Below, piece by piece: positions 45,825 through 56,459 of a stretch of DNA of 64,000 bases. Both the position numbers and the translations under genes were made by a program. Each line of letters opens with the position of its first letter. Within the stretch, counting starts at the first letter, position 1. The notes below the pieces were generated by a model that worked only from the letters and a program-made list of their open reading frames with translations, was not told where the DNA came from and ran no database searches. Origin of the DNA: Pyrodictiaceae archaeon (lineage in GTDB: Archaea > Thermoproteota > Thermoprotei_A > Sulfolobales > WANQ01); assembly GCA_015521735.1 (NCBI GenBank), contig WANQ01000030.1:30659-94658 (forward strand). Direction: 5' to 3'.

Positions 45825-47177
45825 ATGATGTCTTCCGAAGTACTTGACCTGGATAAAGTGTTTAGTAGAGCTAGTAGTCTAGGTGTTAGTGAGCTAGAAG
45901 TCGTAGTCGACTACTCTAAGACTCTTGATATGGCTACGGTAAGGGATAGGATTGAGAAGGCTAAGTATTCTTCATCCGTAAGAATCGGCTATAGAGTAGT
46001 CGTTGACGGGAGAAAGGCTTTTCATGGAGCAACTATTACCTCAACTAGTGATGCTTTAAGGGTTCTAGAAGATGCTGTCAAGGTTGCTCGTATAAGTCCT
46101 AGAGATCCCTATTGGAGGAGTCTACCTAGAGGTATTGGTGGTGGAGTAGAGGTAGACGTGTATGATGAACGTACTGCAAGACTTGATGCCGACATAGTTG
46201 TTGACGTTATCTCGTCTACTATAGACTTGGTTAAGGACTATGATCCACGTACTAGCCCTGTAGTCGTCTCCATGTCTCTAGGTGTTGGTGAAAGAGTTAT
46301 AGCTAATAATTATGGTGAAGAGGCTTCGAGGAGGGAGACATCAGTCTTCTTTACTGTTGGTGTTAGAGCTAGTGATAATGGTAGGGAGGGAGTGTACTAT
46401 GAGTATAGGCTTTACCGTAGACTAGGTGATGTAGACTATGAGGGGTTGAGTAGAAGAGCTTGTAGTAGGGCATTAGATTCACTAAATGCTAAGCGCTTGG
46501 AGACTATGAAGACTACTATAGTATTTGAACCACTTATATGGGCGAGTATTATGACTGCTGTCCTGGTACCACCTATTACAGCTGATAATGTACAAGAGAA
46601 TCGCTCACCACTTAAGAATAGGATTGGTGAGCAAGTTTTCAGCGAAGAAGTAGATATAGTTGATGACCCTCATATGCCCTGGAAACCTGGCTCAAGAAGC
46701 ATAGATGATGAGGGCTTAGCTACTAAGAGGAAGAAGGTGTTTGAGAAAGGTGTTCTTAAGACATTCCTATACGACCACTACACTGCTAGTAGGGAAGGAA
46801 AGAGTTCTACTGGTAACGCCTACCGTAGAAGTCCTTGGAGTAGTCCTAGGCCTTGGCCTACAAATCTTCTATTAGAGCCAGGTAGCAGTAGCTTAGAAGA
46901 ACTAGTTAGGGATGTAGGGTCAGGTATACTAGTAGCAAGTACTGTTGGTGAATGGCTATCTAATCCAGTTAGCGGGTTAGTAAATGCTACTATTAGCCAC
47001 GGCTACGTAATTAAGAGTGGTGAGCTAGTACAACCAGTTAAAGGACTAACACTCTCAGATAACTTCTACGAAGCACTAAGCAAACGCCTCATAGGTGTAT
47101 CCAGAGAATACGAATGCCTATTCAACGTATGCTCTCCTGGAGTAGCAATAAGAGATGTAGTAGTAGCTGGCAAATAG
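45825..47177 (+). CDS. pmbA: PmbA/TldE-family protein (TldD partner)
   Basis: It lacks HExxxH but has the conserved C-terminal beta-barrel motifs (RSIDDEGLATKRKKVFEKGVLKTFLYD, GNAYR). The ATG lies 8 nt after the tldD stop codon and is preceded by ggaggtga. Confidence 0.85.
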   Translation: MMSSEVLDLDKVFSRASSLGVSELEVVVDYSKTLDMATVRDRIEKAKYSSSVRIGYRVVVDGRKAFHGATITSTSDALRVLEDAVKVARISPRDPYWRSLPRGIGGGVEVDVYDERTARLDADIVVDVISSTIDLVKDYDPRTSPVVVSMSLGVGERVIANNYGEEASRRETSVFFTVGVRASDNGREGVYYEYRLYRRLGDVDYEGLSRRACSRALDSLNAKRLETMKTTIVFEPLIWASIMTAVLVPPITADNVQENRSPLKNRIGEQVFSEEVDIVDDPHMPWKPGSRSIDDEGLATKRKKVFEKGVLKTFLYDHYTASREGKSSTGNAYRRSPWSSPRPWPTNLLLEPGSSSLEELVRDVGSGILVASTVGEWLSNPVSGLVNATISHGYVIKSGELVQPVKGLTLSDNFYEALSKRLIGVSREYECLFNVCSPGVAIRDVVVAGK

Positions 47178-47338
47178 ACCCAAATCCCCTACTACTCTAA
47201 ACAATGTATTCTAACGCCAATAGTTAACCATACAGTCTCTTCAACTTACCTAAATGGATTTTTAATACAATTAATTGAGCTCCGTAAAGAAAATAATCTC
47301 TACCTAGAGTGCGATCCATGGTTTGTTTTCATGATTAA

Positions 47339-48229
47339 GTGGGCGAAAATACGATACCTATATATAGGATTGGGTTTCACGGTTCCAGTGTGGAACTTAG
47401 TTCCGGTGCGGAACCTTTGTCTTCGAATCCTAGAGTTAAGTCTTCTAAGAGAGAACTATCCGATAGCGAGCAAGAACTAAGTAAATCTAGCGAAACAGCT
47501 AAAAACACCACTAGGTCATCCGCATCAACTCCATCTACTTCACCAACTTCCAAGAAGCTAGTGCTCCACACTCCTAAGCTTGTAAGTGTTAAGGAGGTTT
47601 TAGAAGCTATAGAGGCTAGTATGATCAAGCTCCCTGAGAACCTTAAGAAGACGTTATCCAAGCTACCTATCGGACCATTAGGTGATCCACCCGTACTATT
47701 ATACCAGGTAGCAGCGAACGATATTCTACTAAACTATCTTGAAGAAAAACACTCATCGCTGGTTGAGCTGCTGAAGCTTGTTTCTAAGGAGGTTCCAGGT
47801 GAGCTTCAGAGCTATGTTTGGTACCCTGTAAGCGACATGTTCTACAAGCTCAATGTAAGGTATAGTAAGCGTACTAGGACTTGGAGGTACGAGTTAAAGC
47901 CTGTAACCATTGCTAGTGTGATAAGTGGTCTTGCTAGAGCATATAGGAGTGCCACGAGGCTTAGAACACTAGAGCAGTCAGCCACCTACGCTAGGCTTAG
48001 AACCCTAATGACACGGGCAACACACTACGTCATGCCAGGCATGCCAGCACCACCAACAGGTGGCTGGGCACTTAAAGAACTATTTGATATACTTGGTCTA
48101 CCAATACCAGTAGAAGAAGACGTATTCATAGAAAGATTCAAAGAAGTAGTTGGTGAGCCTCCAACTAAGGAGGGACTAGAAGTTCTTAGACGCATAGGGT
48201 TTATAATACCTAAGAAGAAGAAACCATGA
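47339..48229 (+). CDS. Hypothetical protein with Ser/Thr/Lys-rich N-terminal region (true start probably GTG 47390)
   Basis: Long ORF. A palindromic TATA-like element at 47357-47368 lies inside the annotated 5' end and about 25 nt upstream of the in-frame GTG at 47390. Confidence 0.55.
   Translation: MGENTIPIYRIGFHGSSVELSSGAEPLSSNPRVKSSKRELSDSEQELSKSSETAKNTTRSSASTPSTSPTSKKLVLHTPKLVSVKEVLEAIEASMIKLPENLKKTLSKLPIGPLGDPPVLLYQVAANDILLNYLEEKHSSLVELLKLVSKEVPGELQSYVWYPVSDMFYKLNVRYSKRTRTWRYELKPVTIASVISGLARAYRSATRLRTLEQSATYARLRTLMTRATHYVMPGMPAPPTGGWALKELFDILGLPIPVEEDVFIERFKEVVGEPPTKEGLEVLRRIGFIIPKKKKP
47357..47368 (+). promoter_or_regulatory. Palindromic TATA-like element CCTATATATAGG
   Basis: Perfect 12-nt palindrome, with spacing to GTG 47390 that fits a leaderless start. 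Confidence 0.3.
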
Positions 48230-48515
48230 AAATAATGTAATGTAAAAAACAATGGTTTTATTCTATTTTCTTTAGGCTACGAGAGCTATAGCTGCTACGC
48301 CTGCTCTTCCTCCAGCCTTCTCCTTTAGTTCCTCTACTCTTGTTCCTTTACCTACATAAGCTATGGCTATAGACTATGTTGACGTTTTATTGAAGTGTTC
48401 AACTACTATGGTGGTCTATTTAGACATTACTCTAAGTCGCTAACGAGGAGTATAAAATTGGGCAGTCAAATAAGACGCACCTTATATGAGAGCTTAAGGA
48501 TTAAGCATTCACGAT

Positions 48516-48965
48516 CTATATGGGTAGATGTATTTCATCTTTAACCTTACGGAAGACAATACTAGTACGGGTTTGCCTAACGTAGGGGTTTCTTAGCACG
48601 TTTTTAACGAAGGAGTCTAGTTCATCGATAGTCTTGAAGGATGCTATTACAGCTATATCGTGTTCGCCAGTAATATCGTATACAGCGAGAACATTAGGAT
48701 GCTTTGAAAGCCATTCTTCAACTTCAAGAATATGTTGTCCATCAACATTAACTAGTATTAGAGCTGTAATCTGGTAGCCAAGCTTCTTATAGTCAATTCT
48801 AACAGTGTAGCCTAATATAATACCGTTTCTTTCAAGTCTACGAATACGTTCATAAACAGTTGAGTGTGGAGCACTAGCTCTACGAGCAATTTCACGTACA
48901 CTAAGCCTAGAATCCTCAACGAGTACTCGGAGAATCCTCCTATCAAGATCGTCTACTCCGGACAA
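48516..48965 (-). CDS. Lrp/AsnC-family transcriptional regulator
   Basis: N-terminal HTH LDRRILRVLVEDSRLSVREIARRASAPHSTVYERIRRLERNGII, plus a C-terminal RAM/ACT-like domain. Confidence 0.9.
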   Translation of the reverse strand: MSGVDDLDRRILRVLVEDSRLSVREIARRASAPHSTVYERIRRLERNGIILGYTVRIDYKKLGYQITALILVNVDGQHILEVEEWLSKHPNVLAVYDITGEHDIAVIASFKTIDELDSFVKNVLRNPYVRQTRTSIVFRKVKDEIHLPI

Positions 48966-49107
48966 GTGTACACGCCCAGTATAGCTTATCTAAGGATTTC
49001 CTGGACAAGTGTATAGTAGGTTAAACCTGCTAATATATTTACTCGTACAATGCTAAGTTCAAAAACCAGTACAGCTAAAACCACCGGTAAGCAGGGGAGT
49101 ATTACAC

Positions 49108-50451
49108 TTGACCATATACCTACAACTACACTACACAGATCTATTAGGGGTATTAAGGTCGATAACTATAACATTAGAAGAGGAGCCACATAATCCAGGA
49201 GTAGAGGAAGTAGAAGTATTCATAGACGGATCAAGCGTGTACGGGTTTAGTGGAATAGAAGATAGTGATTTAAAGATAAAACCAGTACCAGAAACACTAG
49301 CTAAAACACCATGGGAAAGAAACATATACTTAGCAATATCAAGAGTATACAGAGTCAGTGGTAGGAGATTAGAAGTAGATCCAAGATACATAGCCGAGAG
49401 AGGACTAGAATACACGGAAAACATGGGATATAAGCCAGTAATGGGTGTTGAAATAGAGTTCTTCCTATTCAATAAGGTAAACGCTGTAGTAGAGCAGGGT
49501 AAACAAATACTAGAAATCACGTCAACTGAATCACCATGGTCTAATGGCATAGGGTTACCAGTAAAGAAGGTATACCATGTACCAGAACCACTAGATACAA
49601 CAGCAGGTGTGAGAAGAGAAATAATAGAGGCTATGAAGGAGTTAGGCTATAAACTAGGTAAATCACATCACGAAGTAGCAAGTAGTGGTCAACTAGAAAT
49701 ATCATCGGGTAGCTACGACAATGTTAGGTTAGCTGACTATACACAGTTGTTTAAGAAAACAGCTAAAACAATAGCACTAAAACATGGGCTAACAGCAGTA
49801 TTCCTACCTAAACCAATACCATGGGATAATGGTAGCGGTATGCATGTACACGTAAGCTTGTGGAGAAGTAATGAAAACTTGTTCTACGATCCAAACGATG
49901 AATATGGGCTAAGTAGCCTAGCAAGATACTTTATAGGAGGACTAATAGAGCATGGGCAAAGCCTATCAGCAATAGTATCCCCAACAACCAATAGCTATAA
50001 GAGACTAGTACCAGGCTATGAAGCACCAATATACCTTACATGGGGTCCAAGGAATCGTAGTACAGCAATACGTATACCAGCAACTAGTAAACCAGAACAC
50101 ACTAGAATAGAATATAGGCCACCAGATCCAACAGCAAACCCCTACCTAGCGTATACAGCAATACTATTAGCAGGACTTGATGGAGTAAAGAAGAAGATAG
50201 AGCCACCTCCACCTGTAAAGGAGAACGTATACAAGTGGGATAAAAGCAAGTTGAGAGAATACGGTATAAGACAGCTACCAAGAAATCTACTAGAAGCGCT
50301 AGATTACCTAGAATCTGACCATGATTACCTTAAACCAGTATTCTCCAAGCAAGTAATAGAAGAATACGTAGAGCTTAAAAGAAAAGAAGCATTAATAGTA
50401 GACTACATGCCAACACCAATGGAGTACAAGTACTATGCAAGTCTATGGTAA
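49108..50451 (+). CDS. glnA: Glutamine synthetase, type I
   Basis: MGVEIEFFLF, GSGMHVHVSLW, NSYKRLVPGYEAP and RIEYRPPDPTANPYL. Divergent from the Lrp regulator gene. Confidence 0.95.
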   Translation: MTIYLQLHYTDLLGVLRSITITLEEEPHNPGVEEVEVFIDGSSVYGFSGIEDSDLKIKPVPETLAKTPWERNIYLAISRVYRVSGRRLEVDPRYIAERGLEYTENMGYKPVMGVEIEFFLFNKVNAVVEQGKQILEITSTESPWSNGIGLPVKKVYHVPEPLDTTAGVRREIIEAMKELGYKLGKSHHEVASSGQLEISSGSYDNVRLADYTQLFKKTAKTIALKHGLTAVFLPKPIPWDNGSGMHVHVSLWRSNENLFYDPNDEYGLSSLARYFIGGLIEHGQSLSAIVSPTTNSYKRLVPGYEAPIYLTWGPRNRSTAIRIPATSKPEHTRIEYRPPDPTANPYLAYTAILLAGLDGVKKKIEPPPPVKENVYKWDKSKLREYGIRQLPRNLLEALDYLESDHDYLKPVFSKQVIEEYVELKRKEALIVDYMPTPMEYKYYASLW

Positions 50452-50534
50452 CATAGCTCATAGTGAATGGAACCCGTCAACATAAGGATAAGATATTTTA
50501 CGAGAAGAGGTTTAACGAATACTGTGGTGTATAG

Positions 50535-51062
50535 ATGAAGGTTGTAGCAATCGCTGCTTATAGTGGTGTTCCTCCCCAAGAACTAGTAGAGAAAGCCAAT
50601 GTATTCATAGAGGAACTAGCTAAATGTAACCCTAAGCCTATTCTAGCTCTTGGAGGCTACTGGGGCTTAATGAAAAACATAGTGGATAAAGCATTAAGTA
50701 TAGGATTCACTGTACTCATATTCCCACCAATAGAACGTGAAGACTGGGATTACCCCGAGAAAACCATAGTCATTAAAAGTGGGGTTGGCTTTAGGCTAAG
50801 AAGTGTTATGCTTGTAAGAACAGGTGATGTGCTAGTAGCTATGGGTGGTGGAGCAGGCACAATGCAGGAAATAGTAACAGCTTATACTGAGGGAAGAGAC
50901 GTCTACATGCTTTACCCAACAAGTCTACCAAGTGATAGGATTACTAGTATGACTCCACATCTAGATGATAGGGCTACTGCAACCATAAAAGTGTATAAGG
51001 ATCCTAGAGAAATGGCTAAAGAAGTATGTAAAGCTATTAGAGGATGCTTTGAGGAAAAGTGA
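50535..51062 (+). CDS. LOG/TIGR00725-like Rossmann-fold protein
   Basis: LALGGYWGLM...GDVLVAMGGGAGTMQEIV matches the LOG / lysine-decarboxylase-like signature. Confidence 0.7.
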   Translation: MKVVAIAAYSGVPPQELVEKANVFIEELAKCNPKPILALGGYWGLMKNIVDKALSIGFTVLIFPPIEREDWDYPEKTIVIKSGVGFRLRSVMLVRTGDVLVAMGGGAGTMQEIVTAYTEGRDVYMLYPTSLPSDRITSMTPHLDDRATATIKVYKDPREMAKEVCKAIRGCFEEK

Positions 51063-51080
51063 TAGTTCTCAAGCCTTCTC

Positions 51081-51926
51081 CTAGGCCTTTACACCTGTAT
51101 AGGCTAGCCCCCTTATAACATATTTCTGTACATAGAATGTTAATGCTAGTACTGGAAGCATTGATAGAATACCTGAACCAGCTAGTCTTCCCCAATCTAT
51201 TGTGAATTCCTGGATATAGTTTGCTACTATCACAGTCACTGTGTACTTTTCAGGTGAGTTTATGAATATGAGTGCGTAGAGAAACTCATTCCAAGACATT
51301 ATCATTGATAATACTAGTACAGTTACCAGTCCTGGCGCCATTGCCGGCAATATCACTCTTAACAGTGCTTGTAGTCTAGTAGCACCATCAACTAGTGCAG
51401 CCCACTCTATATCTCTTGGAACAGCTGTAAAGAATCCATGGAGCAACCATATAGTATATGGTAGAGTATAGACCTGGTAAGCTATTATTAATCCTAGCCT
51501 AGTATCCAGTAAACCCATACTTCTCAATATAGTGAATAATGGTATAGCTATTGTTATTGGAGGTATCATTCTTATAACCAGTACCCATACCAGGAACAAG
51601 TTACCTAATCTTGCAGGTAAACCTATACGCGCTAATCCGTAGGCTGCTAAGCTACCCAGTAGCAATGATAGTGTTGCAGCACCAGTTGACACTATGAGGC
51701 TATTCAACATGTATACATAGAATCTATCCTTGAATACCAGTTTAGCATAGTTCTCAAGCGTTGGGTGTAAAGGTACTGGTGTTGGAGGCCATAATAGTAC
51801 TTCCCAGCTTTGCTTAAACGATGTAACTATTATCCAGTATAATGGGAATATTGTCCACGCTAATGCTAAGGCAATTACAACCCAATGTATTATACGTCCT
51901 ATCTTAGAAGTTGTCCTCATATTCAA
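51081..51926 (-). CDS. Carbohydrate ABC transporter permease (MalG-like)
   Basis: Six-TM protein with the EAA loop region (DIEWAALVDGATRLQALLRVILP). It overlaps the upstream permease gene by 4 nt. Confidence 0.9.
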   Translation of the reverse strand: MNMRTTSKIGRIIHWVVIALALAWTIFPLYWIIVTSFKQSWEVLLWPPTPVPLHPTLENYAKLVFKDRFYVYMLNSLIVSTGAATLSLLLGSLAAYGLARIGLPARLGNLFLVWVLVIRMIPPITIAIPLFTILRSMGLLDTRLGLIIAYQVYTLPYTIWLLHGFFTAVPRDIEWAALVDGATRLQALLRVILPAMAPGLVTVLVLSMIMSWNEFLYALIFINSPEKYTVTVIVANYIQEFTIDWGRLAGSGILSMLPVLALTFYVQKYVIRGLAYTGVKA

Positions 51927-52789
51927 CCACCTCTTCTAGTTATCTTTATATAAGTTATGATTATTGTAAGGACAACAGCTAACATTATAACTGCTTGTGC
52001 AGCAGCATAGCCGAAGTCGTAATAGCGGAAAGCATTCTTGTATATTATGAACGATAATACCTCAGTGGCGTTGCCCGGACCACCACCAGTTAGCGCAAAA
52101 ACCTTATCGAATATCCTGAACGTATCGATTATTCTAAGCATTGCTACTACGAGTATGTGTCTTTTAACCAGTGGTAGTACTATGTATCTTGTTATCTGTG
52201 GTAGTGTTGCCCCATCAACTAGTGCAGCATTTATTATACTTGGCGGAATAGATTGTATTCCAGCATATATTACTAGGAATGCGAATGGAGTATACTGCCA
52301 TAAATCAACTATTATTATTGACAACATAGCTGTTCTGACATCGCCTAGCCAGTTAACTGGTGGAAGCCCTACTAGCTTTAACATAGCATTTATTATACCG
52401 AATTCTGTATGATACATTATTCTCCAGAAAGACGAGATTACTATTGTTGGAAGCATCATAGGCATAACTATTAATGGTACTATTTTCTCGCGTCCACGAA
52501 ACTCTATTGAGAAAGCTACTGCTAAGAGAAGACCTAGTAGAACCTCTAATACTGTTGCTCCTACAACAAATTGTAGTGTATTGATAAAAGCTGTTCTAAA
52601 TAAGTTATCTGCTATTAGCCGGGCATAGTTTGATAATCCATTGTAGATTAGCTTAAAGCCTGCATATACGTCTACTTTGTGAAACGATAGAAATACTACA
52701 TCTACTATAGGGTATACGGCTAGTGTTAAGAGAATTAAAGCTGCTGGTGCTATGAAGACTAAGCCCATGTACTCATCTCTAATCCTCAT
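51923..52789 (-). CDS. Carbohydrate ABC transporter permease (MalF-like)
   Basis: EAA loop IINAALVDGATLPQITRYIVLP and multiple TM helices. Confidence 0.9.
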   Translation of the reverse strand: MRIRDEYMGLVFIAPAALILLTLAVYPIVDVVFLSFHKVDVYAGFKLIYNGLSNYARLIADNLFRTAFINTLQFVVGATVLEVLLGLLLAVAFSIEFRGREKIVPLIVMPMMLPTIVISSFWRIMYHTEFGIINAMLKLVGLPPVNWLGDVRTAMLSIIIVDLWQYTPFAFLVIYAGIQSIPPSIINAALVDGATLPQITRYIVLPLVKRHILVVAMLRIIDTFRIFDKVFALTGGGPGNATEVLSFIIYKNAFRYYDFGYAAAQAVIMLAVVLTIIITYIKITRRGG

Positions 52790-52905
52790 ATTTAGGCACC
52801 GAGAACTATACTACATGAGGATGGGCTCTGCTAGATCTTATGAGAGTTGTTAATGGTAAAAAATATTATGTTTTGTACCGAGTATAAAATAGTTTATTAA
52901 GCTAC

Positions 52906-54177
52906 TTAGCCTCCAAGAACTTTCTCTAACTCCTCTTGAGCTTTCTTTAATGCTTCTTCTGGCGACAGTGTACCTGTAAGTGCTTGGTGTATATAGTTTG
53001 CTAGTATGTCCTCTACTCTACTCCACTGTGGTAGCCTTGGTCTTGGCTGAGCGTTTCTTAGTGCTTCAAGTTGTGTTGGATACCATGGATACTTAGCTTT
53101 AACATCATCGTCTAGGTATACGCTTGCACGTGTTGGTGGTACACCTACTTCTAATGCAAGCTTCTTCTGCATATCCTTGCTTAACACGAATAATATGAAG
53201 TCTAGTGCTAGATCCTTGTTCTTTGACGTAACAGGTATTCCTAGGAGCCATGCACCAATCATAGGTTTAGCTCCAGGTGGAACAGTTACAACGACCTTGC
53301 CTGCAACCTTAGACTTCTCGGGGTTGTTTAGATCGGGTACCCATGCTGGCCACACAATACTCATAGCTGTTTGTCCATTGTATAGTGCAGCTTTTATTTC
53401 AGGTGAATCGTAGTTTTCAACACCAGGTGGAGCATACTTCTTCAACTCTAAGAATGTTTTTAAGGCCTTTATCCCTGCATCACTATATACTGCTGGCTTA
53501 CCGTTCTCGTCAACTATTCTAGCACCATAACCCCAGAATATTGGTAAGAAGTTGGTTACTACGGGATTACCCTTCTTGCCCCTTATAACGTAGCCGTAAA
53601 CCTTGCCATTCTCACCTTCATATATTGTTTTAGCAGCTTTTAACACGTCATCCCATGTCTTGGGTTCTGGTAGACCATACTTGTCGAATAAGTCTTTGCG
53701 ATACACGAATAACTGTACATTACCAACATATGGTAACGCATATAGTTTACCCTGATACTTACATACCTCAATAGTTGTTGGTATAAAGTCTGGGTCAACT
53801 TGTATACCCTTCTCTTGTAACATCTTACCTATATCGACAAGGAATCCTTGAGAAGCAAATCCTGCAAGCCATGGATCATCCATCATCACTACATCGAAGG
53901 CTCCAGTCTTCTCTATAGCTTCAGTAGAAAGCTTATCATATAGCTCTTTATATCCTAATTCTTGTACAACTACCTCAACACCCTTCAACTTCTGATACTC
54001 TTGTGCTGCAACCTTTAATCCCTCAGCATAAGTACCACTACGTGCAAGAACTACTAGTTTCTTAGGTGGTGCTTGCTGAGAGTAGTAAGCCCATATTCCA
54101 ATACCTATTACTACAATGACGACAATTATAATTGCTACTAGAACAGTTTTAGAGAGACCCTTAGCTAAAAGGCTCAT
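52906..54177 (-). CDS. Extracellular solute-binding protein (sugar ABC family 1), N-terminally anchored
   Basis: N-terminal TM anchor VLVAIIIVVIVVIGIGIWAY. Family-1 SBP features include VVMMDDPWLAGFA and LPYVGNVQLFVYRKDLF. Confidence 0.9.
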   Translation of the reverse strand: MSLLAKGLSKTVLVAIIIVVIVVIGIGIWAYYSQQAPPKKLVVLARSGTYAEGLKVAAQEYQKLKGVEVVVQELGYKELYDKLSTEAIEKTGAFDVVMMDDPWLAGFASQGFLVDIGKMLQEKGIQVDPDFIPTTIEVCKYQGKLYALPYVGNVQLFVYRKDLFDKYGLPEPKTWDDVLKAAKTIYEGENGKVYGYVIRGKKGNPVVTNFLPIFWGYGARIVDENGKPAVYSDAGIKALKTFLELKKYAPPGVENYDSPEIKAALYNGQTAMSIVWPAWVPDLNNPEKSKVAGKVVVTVPPGAKPMIGAWLLGIPVTSKNKDLALDFILFVLSKDMQKKLALEVGVPPTRASVYLDDDVKAKYPWYPTQLEALRNAQPRPRLPQWSRVEDILANYIHQALTGTLSPEEALKKAQEELEKVLGG

Positions 54178-54430
54178 ATAGTTTTACACCTCCTAAGAAA
54201 GCTGATTATTTCTTACTCTCTGACTTACAGTATACCCACTATGTAATTATTAAATATAACTGAAAACACTTTTTAAGCAAACACTATTAGCACAAACTAC
54301 TACTTATAGGTAGTATAATACTTTAAATACAACGTAGCCTAGTATCATCCACATTATGTTGTTACTCATGTAATTATTGATAGAAAACTAGAAAGAACAC
54401 CTATAACAAGTTTATAGCGAGGTACAAGTC

Positions 54431-54880
54431 TTGGAGAGAAATGACCTCATAACTATTACCATGAATATGGCGAAGAAAGAGAAAGAATATGCCGAGTCAG
54501 TAAAGGATACTGCAAAATTCTTCCGACACCCACTTGTCAAGGTGTTAATTGAAGCTATTTCACTAGATTCAGAAAAGCATCACTTATTGTTTAATGTCCT
54601 AGCACAACTATTTGAGCAGAAGGCTTTAGCACCAGTTGTAGATGAACTCTTAACATTACCTAAAGAGGACATAAATATTGTTATTTCAATGATACGTGAC
54701 CATATAAGAGTTGAAACAGAAATGATTGAAATGGTTAGGAAACTTATGGATAAAGTAGAAGATGAAGATATTAGGACAGTGTTAAGCTACATTTACGACG
54801 ACGAGGTTAGACATCATAAACTGTTAACTGATATAGAGCAGAAGATCATTACTAAGTACGAGGAAAAGAAAGAAGAGTAG
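54431..54880 (+). CDS. Ferritin-like four-helix protein (two E-x-x-H motifs)
   Basis: LDSEKHHLL and DDEVRHHKLL are separated by about 75 aa. The sequence is predicted all-helical. Confidence 0.45.
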   Translation: MERNDLITITMNMAKKEKEYAESVKDTAKFFRHPLVKVLIEAISLDSEKHHLLFNVLAQLFEQKALAPVVDELLTLPKEDINIVISMIRDHIRVETEMIEMVRKLMDKVEDEDIRTVLSYIYDDEVRHHKLLTDIEQKIITKYEEKKEE

Positions 54881-55017
54881 GCGTCGGCTCGCTCCACCAT
54901 ATTCTTCACAAAGGTTTTTCTGTAACGTCCCTGCCTCCTCATCCGCCTATAATGTATTCTACCCAATGAGGTAAAAAATAATATGTTTTTCTCGTAATAC
55001 TGGTTTCAAAGATTATG

Positions 55018-56346
55018 CTATCTTGGTTGTGTTGCTCTATGGAAGTACGTGTCTACTACTTCCCATTTACCCTTATAGAATACTTTGAGTTGTCTTTCTG
55101 GCCCAGTATTATCTGCTATTAGTTTACCGTTTCTTATCACGTATAGTGGTGGTCCTAGTATTCTTAGTACATCTACATCTGTGAGACCGTTTAGTATTAC
55201 TAGGTTTGCTTTCTTACCCTTTTCTACACCATAGTCTTCGTAGCCTTTTCTCCAAGCTTTAGCAGCGTTATAGGTTATTAGGTCTAGTGCTTTGAATAGG
55301 TCGCTCCAACCCATCATTTGGTCAACGTGTATGGCCATGAATAGTGCTTGTAGCATATCCCCTACTCCAAGTGGGTACCATGGGTCTAGTACGCAGTCGT
55401 GTCCTAGTGCAACGTTTATGCCGTTCTCTAGGTATAGCTTTATTGGTGCCATGCCACGTCTCTTGGGGTAGAAGTCGAATCTTCCCTGTAAATATATGTT
55501 TATTAGTGGGTTAGCTATGATTGTTATACCTGCTTTTCTTATAAGTGGCATGATTCTGTAACGGTATGCTGGATCCCAGCTATGACTTGCTGTTACGTGT
55601 CCTGCTGTTACTCTACCCTGCCATCCATACTTTAACGTGTACTTAGCTACTACTTCTAGGTTCCTTGATATAGGGTCATCTGTTTCATCTACGTGTCCAT
55701 CTATGTCTCTATCGTACTCCTTAGCTATCTTGAAGGCTACTTCAATGGACTTTACAGCGTCTTCACGGGTGTATTCATTGTGTGGTATCATTCCGACATT
55801 ATCTGCTCCAAGTTCTACTGCTTTTCTGAGGTACTCAGCGTTTTCTGGTTCAGTCATTATACCGTCTTGGGGAAAAGCTGTTACCTGTATGTCTACTAGA
55901 TCCTTGAATAATTCTCTTGCTTTAACAAGTGCTTTTACTGTTGTTAGAGTCTTCTCTGTTGTATCAGCATGTGTGCGTATGAATAGTGTACCGTATGCTA
56001 CATGCCATTTAATGTATTCTTCTACTCTTCTAAGGATATCCTCTTCTGTTATCTTCTTCTTGTACTCTGCCCAAATAGCTATACCCTCCCATAACGTACC
56101 AGATTCATTGTATTTTGGATCACCTATTGTTAGAACTGAGTCTAGGTGGTGGTGCATGTTGAAGAAGGCAGGTGATACTAGTCGGCCTTTAGCATCTATT
56201 TCTACTTCGCCGTGCCCGTTTATATGTTCTTTTATATCCTCTATTCTATCATTAACTATTGCTATGTCAAATGTTTTATCATATGGTCTACCACGTATAC
56301 GAGTATTTCTTATAACTAAATCATATTTTTCAACCACTACTGACAC
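55018..56346 (-). CDS. codA: Cytosine deaminase (amidohydrolase superfamily)
   Basis: FFNMHHHLDSVLTIGDPKYNESGTLWEGIAIWAEYKKK parallels the CodA metal-site region (H-x-H-LD...NQSGTLFEGIERWAERK). It is adjacent to an NCS1 permease. Confidence 0.8.
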   Translation of the reverse strand: MSVVVEKYDLVIRNTRIRGRPYDKTFDIAIVNDRIEDIKEHINGHGEVEIDAKGRLVSPAFFNMHHHLDSVLTIGDPKYNESGTLWEGIAIWAEYKKKITEEDILRRVEEYIKWHVAYGTLFIRTHADTTEKTLTTVKALVKARELFKDLVDIQVTAFPQDGIMTEPENAEYLRKAVELGADNVGMIPHNEYTREDAVKSIEVAFKIAKEYDRDIDGHVDETDDPISRNLEVVAKYTLKYGWQGRVTAGHVTASHSWDPAYRYRIMPLIRKAGITIIANPLINIYLQGRFDFYPKRRGMAPIKLYLENGINVALGHDCVLDPWYPLGVGDMLQALFMAIHVDQMMGWSDLFKALDLITYNAAKAWRKGYEDYGVEKGKKANLVILNGLTDVDVLRILGPPLYVIRNGKLIADNTGPERQLKVFYKGKWEVVDTYFHRATQPR

Positions 56347-56459
56347 CCAAAGAGCAATTTGCTAGGAGTATACACCATGCATAGGAAGATAGAGGGGTAG
56401 GACAGTAGTTAAGAGTAAACAAAGTTACATTACACCTAAGATGTTTGTTAACTCTTATT

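Noticed and set aside
48262-48365. A minus-strand stretch in the 48230-48515 intergenic region translates as IAIAYVGKGTRVEELKEKAGGRAGVAAIALVA-stop, like the C-terminus of a lost gene.
   Set aside because: It covers only about 33 codons, with no start codon and no recognisable family. This is insufficient to call a pseudogene.
55637-56365. 242-aa plus-strand ORF overlapping codA.
   Set aside because: The minus-strand product has unmistakable cytosine deaminase motifs. The plus-strand translation is Ser-rich low complexity.
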